DNA of 64,000 bases from Takakia lepidozioides (taxonomy: Eukaryota > Plantae > Bryophyta), in contig JAKLZA010000356.1 in assembly GCA_030704615.1 (NCBI GenBank), forward strand, positions 4,905-68,904, given 5' to 3'. Shown here piece by piece: positions 49,902-62,517 of the stretch; position 1 is the stretch's first letter, and every line of letters begins with the position of its first letter. The position numbers and the translations under genes are program-made. The notes below the pieces were generated by a model. The model was not told the DNA's origin. It did not search any database and worked only from the letters and a program-made list of their open reading frames with translations.

Positions 49902-50679
49902 GATCGAAGGGGTGCTCGGCTCCGAGGGGAATCCCAACCCTTGGATACTTCCGAGGCCTTTTTTCTTTCCAAAGCACGGGCGTATAGAGCCTTCCGTTTG
50001 ACGCCATCTTAGCCACCGCTTACAATGGGGAAGGCGGCTGGGGGTATATGGTAATCGTGTCGGGCAAGCTAATTTAGCCCCGACTACACGGTTCCCCCTG
50101 TCGTACGCCCGATGGTCGGAGAGAAGGGATTTGGTTGATCCTCCCTCGAGTTCATCTCGAGCGATCAGAGGACTATGGGCATGCGCAAGCCTCTGCCGAC
50201 CTAACCTTCTCGTCGATGACCTTATGCGGTAATCCCTCCCATTCTTCCTTAGAGGTACGAACCTCTTTTTGAAGGTGGGGCATATAAGTTTTCCAACTAG
50301 GGGTTGAGACTTGACCCTATGTTTGTGAGTGCCTTGAGCGCATGCTTGCCCATAGTGAGCAAGATTTTTGTCGCTAAACAAGGAGAAGCAAACATAAAAA
50401 AGCTTACGGTTGGAGCGAAAAGTGCCTCATTCTTCAATTAGAGAACCTTATCTCGTGAGGGCGGGAGTCCTTGCATAAGACATAATAGTCTTATAGCATC
50501 CCTTTAGGCACGATAGGCGCACTTTGTATGCATTTGTCTTGGTTTCCATTGCATTTGTATTTGGGTCCTAACCGGCCCCCCTTAAAATTTACTGTGTCTT
50601 TTTCCAGTATTTTTTTTTTACTTTTTGTTACCTTTGCAAGCCTTTGTTGACCACCCTAAACCCTAAACCCTAAACTTGT
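49902..50679 (+). mobile_element. PLE4, right part (rest of the 3' UTR plus CCCTAAA x3)
   Basis: Resumes exactly at GATCGAAGGGG. Confidence 0.9.
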
Positions 50680-53600
50680 GAGGGAGTCCTTGCATAAGAC
50701 ATAATAGTCTTATTGCATCCCTTTAGGCACGATAGGCGCACTTTGTATGCATTTGTCTTGGTTTCCATTGCATTTGTATTTGGGTCCGAACCGGCCCCCC
50801 TTAATTTTTACTGTGTCTTTTTCCAGTATTTTTCTACTTTTTGTTACCTTTGCAAGCCTTTGCTAACCACCCTAAACCCTAAACTTTTTTCCATGGCGGA
50901 ACTAGCAGGTAACAAACGTCCATGTCCTAGCTTAGGCGTCGGCCCTTCTCATGCATCCGCGTCTTCTTCTTCTAGCATGGATATCTCCATTCCTCCCCCT
51001 TTGCTTGCATTTGTGCATACATCGGTCAAGGAATTCAAAAGTCTTAGGCATGAGCATGAAAAGACTTCCAAGTACCTTCAAAAATTGCGAGTGCAATTCG
51101 AAGAAGGCACCATACCCAACTCCCTTAGAATGAGTCCTCCTAAACTTCAAATAGGAGATCCCGAGGCCCAATCCATCCTTGATGCGAGCCTGGCCGAATG
51201 CACAACCGCATATCGGATCAAGTGCTTTGAAGCACTCATCAAAGCCCAAGAATCTCGACTTGCTAGCTTGACCCACAAGCTCGAGCAATCGAAACCGGTC
51301 TTTGAGACTCGCCTCTCGGATTTGATTTCGCCTTTACGATCCTTAAATTTGATAGGTGACAAGTCTAAGTCTTCCATCGAGTCGTGGCATCTTCATCTTA
51401 GCAATCTCTTTGTTACTCATGTAGATGCATTTCTCATTCACAAACAACTTTCCGACGTCAGCAAGGCCGCGGCTATCGCCGCTCGCAACGTTGCTCGGGA
51501 AGGTGCTATGGAAGAAGCGGAGACCCTCCCTGTGGAACCGTCCATTGCTACCCTCGTGAAACGCGAGGTGGTCAAGGAAGTACTCAAGGAGGTGAAGAAG
51601 GTGGTGAATTCCATCCAGGTGAAACCTAAGGCCCAGAAGCTTGGGACCAAACCGGCTAGTAAGCCTAAGGCGAATCCTGGCGGAAAGTCGGGAAACGGCA
51701 AGCAGCAGAAAGGTATCCGGGTCTCCACCCGTTCTGCTGCGTCACCTACCTCTTTCAACAAGAGGTCAGGCCCGAACCGCACAACCGGTTCTGGTACGGG
51801 AGGCCGAAAACCTTCAGCGAGGGTCAACGGAAAACTGGCCACGACGAAGGGTGCGACGACGACGACGACGACGAAGACGAAGCGGCCATACGTACCTCCT
51901 CACAGACGCGGGGGCGCACGAGGAGTCTCTTCTGGTACCCGCTCGTAGACCCGAAGGCTTACGCTTTGTTGCTCTTTGCTATGAAGACTCCCTCCCAAGT
52001 GGAATGCAGGGTCACCAACACTGCTATCCACAACTATAGCAAGAGGGTTCTCTCCTTTGCGGAGCGACAACTCCTGGGCCTTGGTCTCAATTACATTCCT
52101 CGTCCTCTTCCCCCTTCCCGATCTTCAATCATCACCGAATTCAACAATTTTGCTCGAAGCTTGAGGTTGCGAACGTCCTTCTCCGGCAAAGACAACGACG
52201 AGGTTCCTCTTTGGCGCGTTCCGAATCCATCATTCAATCCGCCAGTGGAATCTCAACCGCTCGAGGCCATCATTCGAGAAGGTAATGATCTTTTGTCGAG
52301 CCGTTTGGATCGAATCGCCCGCAATGCACGACCTTGTCTGCCGAGACACTTGAGACTTGCTCTCAAAAGATTGAGGTCAGATCCGGACCTTGTCATCAAG
52401 CCGGCCGACAAAAATCTTGGTCTTGTGCTTATGGACAAGTCTTGGCACATGCAAGAGGCGATGCGGCAACTCTCAGACACCGAAGTTTATCGTCCCGTGG
52501 ATTCCGTACCGTGGGAAGAACTTTGGTCGAGGTTGGAGGTGCTAGCTTGCCATCCAATCTACAGGTTTGCGATCTCCACCAAAGAATGGAATTACATCCG
52601 CCAACGCCCTCGGTCGTCCACGGACTTTCGAGCTTGTGCTTTGTACTTCATTCCGAAGGTGCACAAACCCGTGCTTGTTGGAAGACCCATTTGTTCCTAC
52701 AACGACTACATCTTCGAGCATGCTTCAATTTGGCTCCATCACCAACTCCTTCCGGTACTTCTCAAGGAACCCACTCATTTGGTTGATTCTCTCACGCTTC
52801 TTCGAGAGGTTTCCCAACTCGAGGTCCCCTCGCATGCTCTTCTTTTTACGTTTGACGTGGAATCTCTATATCCCAGCATCATCACCGAGCTCGGCTTGTA
52901 TGAGCTCGAATGTGCTATTGGAGGTAATTTCACCAAACACAAAAAAGACCTGATCATGACCCTCGCTGGATTAGTCTTGAAACACCATTACCTTGAGTTC
53001 AATGGTAGTTTTTGGCACCAAATTCGCGGGACGGCCATGGGGAGCAACTTTGCAGTTGTTTACGCTTGTTTGTTCCTCTGTCGGTTGGAGATGTACATGG
53101 AGTACGTGTGCCCATCGGAGCAAGAGCTGCTTTATCTTAAGCGCTATATCGACGACGGCTTTGGCATCTGGGTAGGCTCCGAAAAGAGCCTCCGGTCCTG
53201 GTTACGGAACTACGATTCCATGTTCGATGGCATCAAAATCACGACCGCCATAAGCTCGACGTCCGCCGACATCTTGGATATCACCTTCCTCAAAGGAGAC
53301 GACTTCATCCAAACTCGACGGCTCTCTACTAGATGTCATCAAAAGGCCCAGAACAAGTATCAATACTTGCCTTGGTCCTCGTGGCATCCACATCACCAAA
53401 AGAAAGCTTTCGTCATCGGCGAGCTCCAACGGTATGTAATACGAGAAAGCACCATCCAAGGGTTCAACCATTTGCGACTTTTGTTTTACAAACGTCTTCG
53501 AGCCCGAGGTTATCCGGCGGCGTTCATCCGGAGTTGCTTCACCAAGATCTCCTACGACCTCAGATCCGCTCTACTCGACCAACAGACGCAACGCGCAGTT

Positions 53601-54978
53601 GAGGGTAAACGGGCCCCCCTTGTTCTTAAGCTCGACTACTCTTCGTACACTCGAGCCTTGAACTTGGGGGCCACCCTAAACCCTAGACTCCACGAGTTGC
53701 TTCAGCAAGTCCCGGAGCTTCGGTTTCTTCCTCGAGCGATGATTTGTTGGAGGAATCCGCGAAAGCTGAGTTCATTCCTAGTTAAATCTAGAATGATAGG
53801 ATGATTTTGTAGTGCAAATGTCCCTAGCATTATTAATTTTGCCTCTTTGATAGCCTTAGTGTTGATGTTAAAGTCAAAGGGTTCCAACAATTAATTTGGA
53901 CCATTGACTAATTAATGCAGTCTTGACTTGGAGGCTAAATTAGTGCTTTAGTGGCATTATTATTGCCTTGGGAATTATCCCATATCGTTTGCACATAGTG
54001 AGGGTGCTTTTCTAGTATATAAGGATAGGCTTGGCTCTTAGGACTTCATCTCTTGGCGTTCCACTGATGAGCTTGAGCAATCAAGCGAAACTTGTTTGGA
54101 ATAAAACACCTTAACTCTTTTTGTGTCTCCACATTTAGAGAAGTCGAGAGTCTAGTCCTTGCCCGCCCGGGCATCTTGGATCGAAGGGGTGCTCGGCTCC
54201 GAGGGGAATCCCAACCCTTGGATACTTCCGAGGCCTTTTTTTTTTCCAAAGCACGGGCGTATAGAGCCTTCCGTTTGACGCCATCTTAGCCACCGCTTAC
54301 AATGGGGAAGGCGGCTGGGGGTATATGGTAATCGTGTCGGGCAAGCTAATTTAGCCCCGACTACACGGTTCCCCCTGTCGTACGCCCGATGGTCGGAGAG
54401 AAGGGATTTGGTTGATCCTCCCTCGAGTTCATCTCGAGCGATCAGAGGACTATGGGCATGCGCAAGCCTCTGCCGACCTAACCTTCTCGTCGATGACCTT
54501 ATGCGGTAATCCCTCCCATTCTTCCTTAGAGGTACGAACCTCTTTTTGAAGGTGGGGCATATAAGTTTTCCAACTAGGGGTTGAGACTTGACCCTATGTT
54601 TGTGAGTGCCTTGAGCGCATGCTTGCCCATAGTGAGCAAGATTTTTGTCGCTAAACAACATAAAAAAGCTTACGGTTGGAGCGAAAAGTGCCTCATTCTT
54701 CAATTAGAGAACCTTATCTCGTGAGGGCGGGAGTCCTTGCATAAGACATAATAGTCTTATTGCATCCCTTTAGGCACGATAGGCGCACTTTGTATGCATT
54801 TGTCTTGGTTTCCATTGCATTTGTATTTGGGTCCGAACCGGCCCCCCTTAATTTTTACTGTGTCTTTTTCCAGTATTTTTCTACTTTTTGTTACATTTGC
54901 AAGCCTTTGTTAACCACCCTAAACGCTAAACCCTAAACCCTAAACCCCTAAATCCTAAACCCTTAACCCTAAACTTGT
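50680..54978 (+). mobile_element. PLE5: short pLTR, intact ORF1 (50893-51948), intact RT (to 53804), 3' UTR and degenerate telomeric array
   Basis: Near-identical to PLE1; array at ~54916-54973. Confidence 0.93.
54055..54110 (+). ncRNA. Type I hammerhead ribozyme (PLE5)
   Basis: Intact CTGATGA and GAAA core, stems as in PLE1. Confidence 0.9.
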
Positions 54979-57310
54979 GGAGATCCTTACATAATCTTGT
55001 ATATTTGTTGAGCGATCACCACTTGTATTTAAGAGTGATCAGGTCAACCGAATGATCACCCAATTTTGAATGACCTGCCAAGCTCGTGATACAATTATGC
55101 TAAATGCCCTTGTTTGCATGTAGACCTCGCCCTGGTTTGGAGCTTTGGAGGTCGGATCTCTCAGAGCTCGTTGTGGTTGTTTATGTTTCATATTCAATTT
55201 TTTAGTAAGCTAAAAAGGTATTGGTATTCTATAGAATGAGCTTGGAAAATTGAATGTAATGTTCAAGGCAGTTAATTTTGGCATGTTCTCTTAGTTACTC
55301 ATTGTGCAAGTTTTTGGTGCAGGATACTAGGGACTCTTGGCAATTCTTGGTCAGTTCTACTCATTTATGTTTCTACCCTTGTCTACTTTTACAGGCTAAG
55401 GGAGTCTGGCTCTTGCACCAAGTCAAGTTGAAGACTAAATTTCATTAAGTTCCTTCTACATGATTTGAGGGCCATCATTCACTTTTCCCGATTGTGGTTT
55501 CACATCCTTGGGCATTGTTGGTCCAATGAGAAAGCCTAAAATTTGTACGGTCAATTATAGAAATTGTATCATTCTACTGCTGCTTATACTTAGCATGGTT
55601 AGTACATGCAATAAACTTCTGAACCTCTCCACATGTCTTGAACTTTGGGGTTCGAATTTGTGAGTTCATAGGGCTATCTTTCAGAGTGTCCTTTGCAAAT
55701 ATTATCTTGGTGCGACTGATGGATTACCTTTAAGTAGACACTTGTAGGGGTTGGCTTGTTAGTGCCTCCTAGTTAGAGTTTCAAGAAATCGTGGTCTGAT
55801 TCATTATAGATTTTAATCTAAACAAACCACCAGAGTCCTCAAAAGTTTTAGGGTTTAGGGTACTTCACCCTAAACCCCCCATTTCGATTCAGCATTGAAG
55901 CAATATCTTTGTTTTTCATAAACTTAGTGAAATTTTTAGCATTTGAAATTTATAGCATGAAACAACGTTGTTGTCAAATTGAAAGTACTGCTCTATAAAC
56001 AGCCTCTGGTTTCATATACAATGAAGTGCCTTTCTCTTTTCTTGTTTTGTTCCGAGGAATAATAATGACACATCAACAATAATGAATACCTTGTTTACTC
56101 GAGCGAAAACTGAAACAGAAGTTTTAGTTTTGTCTTTATCACATCTACATTATCTGATGGAAAGCTAAGCTTGAAGAGTGAACTGTGAGTTCAACATGGA
56201 ATCACGATTACATGGGAAGCCCAGAAACAGGGATGTTATCAGAATTGGTGAAACCACCTATGCAGTTGCGGAGTCAAATCCTGCCTCAATGGCAACATTC
56301 AACATGACGTGCCGGAGAACAAGATAAGAGTGCATCAACTCGAATTTGAAATCACGGAGTCACTAACTGAGGCTGTCATGGCCAAGGCCATCTGCAGAGT
56401 CCAAAAAATCCAGTAAGGCCAACAAAGACATCTCCTAAACATTAAGAAAAACAGTGCTGTCATTGTACTGTACAGATCTATTGGACCTTGACCAAAAAAA
56501 CCTCTATACACTCTGGGTACAAGAATCTCTGGTTCATTCTCCTAGAGTGTACACAGATGGCAGAATGAGGTTCATGGGTTTCCAAAAATTAAACCAGCAA
56601 CACTTGTCTCCAAGAACTAAGTTCTTCGTAGCAACATTCTGCACATATCAAAATTCAGTGTACACGCCCAGCAGGGATGCCCTCCCTATGAGCAAGATCG
56701 CCGAGTTTCTGCACATGTTCCAACATGACTTCCAGTTGCACACACTCTCTCTTGCGATCTTCAGTACTGGTGATGGGTCGTGAAATACCAAAATCGATCA
56801 AACAAACACCTTAATGCCCCCTAAATCAACCAAGATATTAGGGCATCGAATGTCCCCATGAAGAAGTGCACAGCAGCAAGTGCATCAACAGTCGCTTCCA
56901 CCGCCTCTAGTCAAAACTCCTGCAAACGACACATCCAACATATTAGACAACCACTTTGCTACAAGCTTAAGCAAGAACCGCAGACTCAAATAAGCGGGAT
57001 GCCCAGTTCAGAGCAGACAACTCTTTCGAAGAATTACAGTGCAATCAGAATGAATTCCAACAGCTCCAGTTTTCTGGGATTCCCTCTCATTTGGCCAACA
57101 ACAATTACCTCTCATTCTTTTTAGTCTGTTTGATTAGATCATCTAGAATTATGTGAAAAACTGGAGGTGCCATAAAACAGTGTACAAAAGGTCAATCAGA
57201 GAATATAGGTTAAAGAGAATCCAATTGCAGATTTAAGAGCAGAGCCTCAAACATGTAGCAACTAAGGACAAGGTTTTACCACCTTGCACAAACATCAGCA
57301 AACATCAAGG

Positions 57311-58745
57311 TCACAAAATGAGAGATGAATGAGGATAAACCCACTCTGATAGCCAAGGATGTTGTAATGCCTGTGATGAACTGAGTTGTTTGTCAGTGAG
57401 CTTCCTTATAAAGTCTTCAGCATGTGCTGTCCTTGCAACGGGGATATACTCATCCAGGAGTTTGCCAACACTATACATGTCTGAAAAGGGCGTATACTGG
57501 TTGCCCTCATACATCTCCGGACACCAGGCTGAGAAAGGCTGAAATCCATCAAACAATTTGAAAGGAAAATCTGCTACAGATTCGAGGTCGATGAGCATGA
57601 AATCTGTATCTGAAAGGCGCACAATATTTGGGAGTCGGATATCCCTGTGCACCAGGCCTGCACTGTGGAGGATAAATAAGGCTTGGCAGACACACTGAGC
57701 CATCCACCTGCATTCCTCTTCAGACTCCAATCTGCATTGGTATCCAAGAGGACCAAACTCAACTCTGTAGGATCCATGAGCAGTTTCGAAAGGCAATGCC
57801 ACCATCTGCGGCAGAAACTTACATGTTCTCGCGCAGCAACATAAGCCCTCTTTATCATGGTAATATCCGTCCCCTGGTCAGCACTATAACTAGAAAAGTC
57901 TCTAATGTGCTTCGCCACTTTGTCATCATAAAAGTAAATACTCCTCCTTCCATCCGGTGACTTTTCCAAAGAAAACATGGCACGGCGACCTGGGACTACC
58001 GGAACAGAGTCATGCATTTTCTTCATTAGCTGGAAGGCATAGCCTACGCTGATGAGTAAAAAATGGCAGCGATCAGAAATATCTGATAGGTTAAGACGTC
58101 GACCCACTGGATACAACTCCTTCGGACCTCTCCTGCCGATGTACACCCACTGAAATTCAGTGCCTGCTGCTATGTAGCCTAGGATAAATTTCAATTCCCC
58201 ATAAAACATCGGATTAAGCGACCTCATCTTAGAACGAAGATCGATTTCAGCTGCAAGCAAGTTGCCAACCTTGTCTTCACCTACTAGGAAGGTGCATCCA
58301 AAGGCTATGCCAATCGTATCAGGCCTTGTCCTGTGTGCAGTAGTTTGGCTGAAACTGTACCGCGCCCTTTCAGTAGAATTGAACGAAAAATGTGACCTTA
58401 AAACCGGCCACATATTGCTTGAAAAAGCCAAAGAACTCTTGCAAGCCGCCGCATGCAACGAGGAACGATGTTTGTATCTCGGTGACTATCTCCTCAAGTT
58501 GGCGCGATAGGAAGGCTCCCACTAAACAAGGAAGTCTTGAACCATCTGTCTCGATTAAAACATTTGCCGCCAACTCGGGCATTGTTGTTGATACAGACAC
58601 ATAGGTCTGCGGCGTTACAGGAAGCTTCCGATGCTGCTCAGGGAACAATACCTTTTCAAGACCGGCCTTATTTTGGGGGAGCTCAGGTAGCTGTGGGAGC
58701 AGCATGTACCTGATCCAAGCTTCGGAACGATCATTGCGATAACCT
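57311..58745 (-). pseudogene. Crinkler-like restriction-endonuclease-fold plus protein kinase gene (two frameshifts; pseudogene or assembly errors)
   Basis: RPD..FLVGEDK (PD-(D/E)xK-like), then VHRDIRLPNIV, LIDLE, SDMYSVG, ALQHPW. Confidence 0.65.
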
Positions 58746-59242
58746 GCTTGAGATGTATCACAAACAACAGCAACAAAATGATGACTCAGAATAACAATAG
58801 AAGTGGATGCAAGGACGGCAAGCACTCACAAGTGAACGACCAAAATGACAGTCAACTACCAGAATATCAAGAGCAGAAGTTACCATGATCGGTGACAAAC
58901 GAACCCCTCACTATCAGCAAACTCAGGCCACAGGACCCTAAGAATCTCAAATCAGCACAAGGCAACTCGTTACTCTAGCTAATCATTGTCCAGACAAACT
59001 CCAGAAACAAAACCTAAGTATCAAGAACTCCACAAATACTCGATGCAACAAATAAAGACAACCCTAGGCACTCACGAGAAATGAGGGGTTTGAACGATAC
59101 TACTCATATTTGCAGCCACGCATCAAACAAACCCTAGTTATGAAAAGAATCAAGAAAAGATCCCAGCATCAGCAACCTAGTGCCAAGAATCTACACAACC
59201 TCTGAATTACACCAAACGGGACGTTGGGGATTTAGGGGACCC

Positions 59243-62200
59243 TGCGGGAGTAAACATAACCTACGGGACAAACAGCTCCAGTAAGTACAAGAAGACATAC
59301 CTACAACCCTTGCTACGAAAGCCTTGAAAAAATTTATGGAGTGAAGGCAAGTGGAGCTTCTGCCTGCCTTCACAAAGTTTGCAAAGCTTTCAAAAAACCT
59401 TGAAACGATCTGGTGACAACAAACCCTAAGTACTTAAACCTCACTATTAGCAAACTCAGGCCGCAGAGCCCTAAGAAACTCAGACCGCCACAGGAAAACC
59501 TAAAATATCCCGATGACAAAACCCCGATGACAGGGAGAAGGGTTTACCACTGCCTTACTTGTGTCTGTTGTTGAAGGAGCATCCTGGGTCCAAGGAATCG
59601 CTTGACTGCTTAAACTACTCGAACTCAAGACAGAGAAAAACAAAGAAAAGCAACAAAAGCAGGAAGAAAAGCAAAACCCTGCTACCTGTTGTAGGTGCTA
59701 CAAAATCTTTGAGAAGTATCCCACAACAGATGTATGTGACCAACCCATGTTGTTGAGTTGCATCTATCATGTAGTGCTCAACCACAATTCCACATATAAA
59801 TAACAAACAACCGTGTCTTTCAAAGGACCCTCCTCACATTTTACTTGTTAACATGGATCTATCGAATGAATAAACTGCGTGTATCAACCGTACACAGGAT
59901 CACACACGGGATTGGGAGAAGCTGTTGAAAACCCCGAGTGCACAACGCAGCCAAGAGAAACCAAAAAATTGCAAACACTTGACTCCATGCTACGCATTGA
60001 ACGAATCATCGAACAAATCAGCAACTGCAGCGGGTTCAACAATCAACTGCCCATCAAGAATTCAAATGTGCCTGCCATCATCAGAATTGCAGACATAAAA
60101 ACAAACGGGCTCAGACTGCCCTAGGCAACCCATCGACATTCACCAGACTCTCTCCAGGACGCACTATCTGACACCCTAGCTAATGGGTGAACACTGCCAC
60201 AGAAGATTTTGCAGCCAAGGCGGTTTTGGTTAACTCACATAAGTCTGCGGGAGTAGTAAACATAACCTACGGGACAAACAGCTCCAGTAAGTACAAGAAG
60301 ACAACCCTACAACCCTTGCTACGAAAGCCTTGCAAAAATTTATGGAGTGAAGGCAAGTGGAGCTTCTGCCTGCCTCACAAAGTTTGCAAAGCTTTCAATA
60401 ACCTTGAAACGATCTGGTGACAACAAACCCTAAGTACTTAAAACCTCACTATCAGCAAACTCAGGCCGCAGAGCCCTAAGAAACTCAGACCGCCACAGGA
60501 AAACCTAAATTATCCCGATGACAAAACCCCGATGACAGGGAGAAGGGTTTACCACTGCCTTTACTTGTGTCTGTTGTTGAAGGAGCATCAACCTGCTTAA
60601 AGGTATAGTCTCCTGGGTCCAAGGAATTGCTCCCAAGCAGCAGAACTCCCTCTTGATTAAACAAATCCCCATATTGATTTGCATTGTCATCGGGTGTCTA
60701 GAGGGCAAGTATGAAAATAAAGTAACCCACTTCAAAGGGAAATCGTTAACCGCACGTCACTACCCTAACACTAGTCATAGCTAAGAAACAAACTAATCAT
60801 GAAGAATTGTCCCTTTTCTTTCCACTATTGTTCTATTGTTGTTCTATCTTGAATCTTTGGCATTCCGTCCTTAAGCTCCCGACGAGATGAATTCAAGGTC
60901 AGATGGTGGGTCAGCTGGCAACATATGCCCAACACCAGATATCCTAAGTTAATCGACTCTATATCTTGGAAACAGGACCGCCCTGTCAAACAGGCTAAGT
61001 CTGGCAGAAGAGAAGAGAGTAGAAGAGATCTCAAGGACCTGGACCTGGAGCCGCAAGTCTTGACCCTGCTGGATAAATCTGACTAGAGGCTGTAGTGTCC
61101 AAAGCCATGTCTTTTGCCATGAGATTGTGTCTGATGAAAATGAAGTTAGGCAGAAAACTTCCCTGAACCTGTTTCCAGTCAGTGACATGGGGGAGGACAT
61201 CTTGGATGACCTCAAGGGTCTACCCACTCTCGGCACTAGACTGAAATTTAAACTCAGGGCAGGAAGCCTACCTTTGAACAGCAAACAGAAGCAGAGAGGA
61301 AAGAGAGAGTGCAATTGCCCGTTGTGTGGGCAATCTGAAGACAGTATTCATTTTTTGATACACTGTCCAGGGTTCTCTCACCAAAGAGACGCTCTCTTCA
61401 AATCTATCAAGGGAATTGTGCCTGTACCCCTGTTTACCAACTTTGAAAGTCTCGAGGCTGAGCCGAAAGCCCAGGCCCTGCTGAGGCCTAGTTTTGGGCA
61501 AATCACACACAGCAGATTGATGCTTGTGTGAAGGGATTTCTAGAGGATATCTGGAAAACCCGGATTAATTCTATATATCAAGGTAAGTCTTACTACCAAC
61601 GTCAGCCCCTGAGAGGTAGGTTCTATCCCTTTTGTTCCCGCTCAAACTGGGGCGGGGGTCAATGTCCACAAGGCTACATAAGTCACCAACAACCACATTC
61701 TGTCATCGACCAATTAACGGCTCAAAACATGCGCACAATTTCGGCTAGAGCTTTCTATCCTCTGAAGATGGTACTCAAGAAATCGTAAAGTTTGAACAAC
61801 ACTACTGATTCGCAGGTCACATGCATCAAAGTACTGACGCTACCAAGAAGCTGCTTGTAATGCTAAAAATATGCAAATATCTCAAGATACTAGATTCAGT
61901 TTGAAATACCCTGTCCTAACAAACAACCGTGTCTTTCAAAGGACCCCCCTCATAATTTACTTGTTAACATGGATCTATCGAATGAATAAACTGCATGTAT
62001 CAACCGTACACAGGATCACACACGGGATTGGGAGAAGCTGTTGAAACCCTGAGTGCACAACGCAGCAAGAAACCAAAAAAATGCAAACACTTGACTCCAA
62101 GCTACGCATTGAACGAATCACAAATCAGCAAACTGCAGCAGGTTCAACAATCAACTGCCCAATTGTCTTGCGAGAATTCAAATGTGCCTGCCCATCATCA

Positions 62201-62517
62201 GAATTGCAGACATAAAAACAAACGGGCTCAGACTGCCCTAGGCAAACCCATCGACATTCACCAGACTCTCTCCATGACGCACTATCTGACACCCTAGCTA
62301 AGGGTGAACTCTGTCACAGAAGGTTCTGCAGCCAAGGCGGTTTTGGTTAACTCACATAAGTCACCAACAACCACATTCTGTCATCGACCAATTAACAGCT
62401 CAAAACATGCGCACAATTTCGGCTAGAGCTTTCTATCTTCTGAAGATGGTACTCAAGAAATCGTAAAGGTTTGAACAACACTACTGATTCGCAGGTCAAA
62501 TGCATCAAAGTACTGAA
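59243..62517. repeat. Diverged local duplications (59243-59600~60245-60630; 59805-60245~61920-62362; 61677-61835~62356-62517)
   Basis: Matching blocks visible by eye; the ORF track shows the duplicated MYQPYTGSHTGLGEAVE. Confidence 0.8.
60850..61600 (+). mobile_element. Degenerate 3' fragment of a LINE ORF2
   Basis: KFKLRAGSLPLN..CPLCGQSEDSIHFLIHC C-terminal zinc knuckle; boundaries approximate. Confidence 0.65.

Noticed and set aside
61762-61790. CTGAAGA...GAAA as another hammerhead
   Set aside because: No convincing stems I-III.
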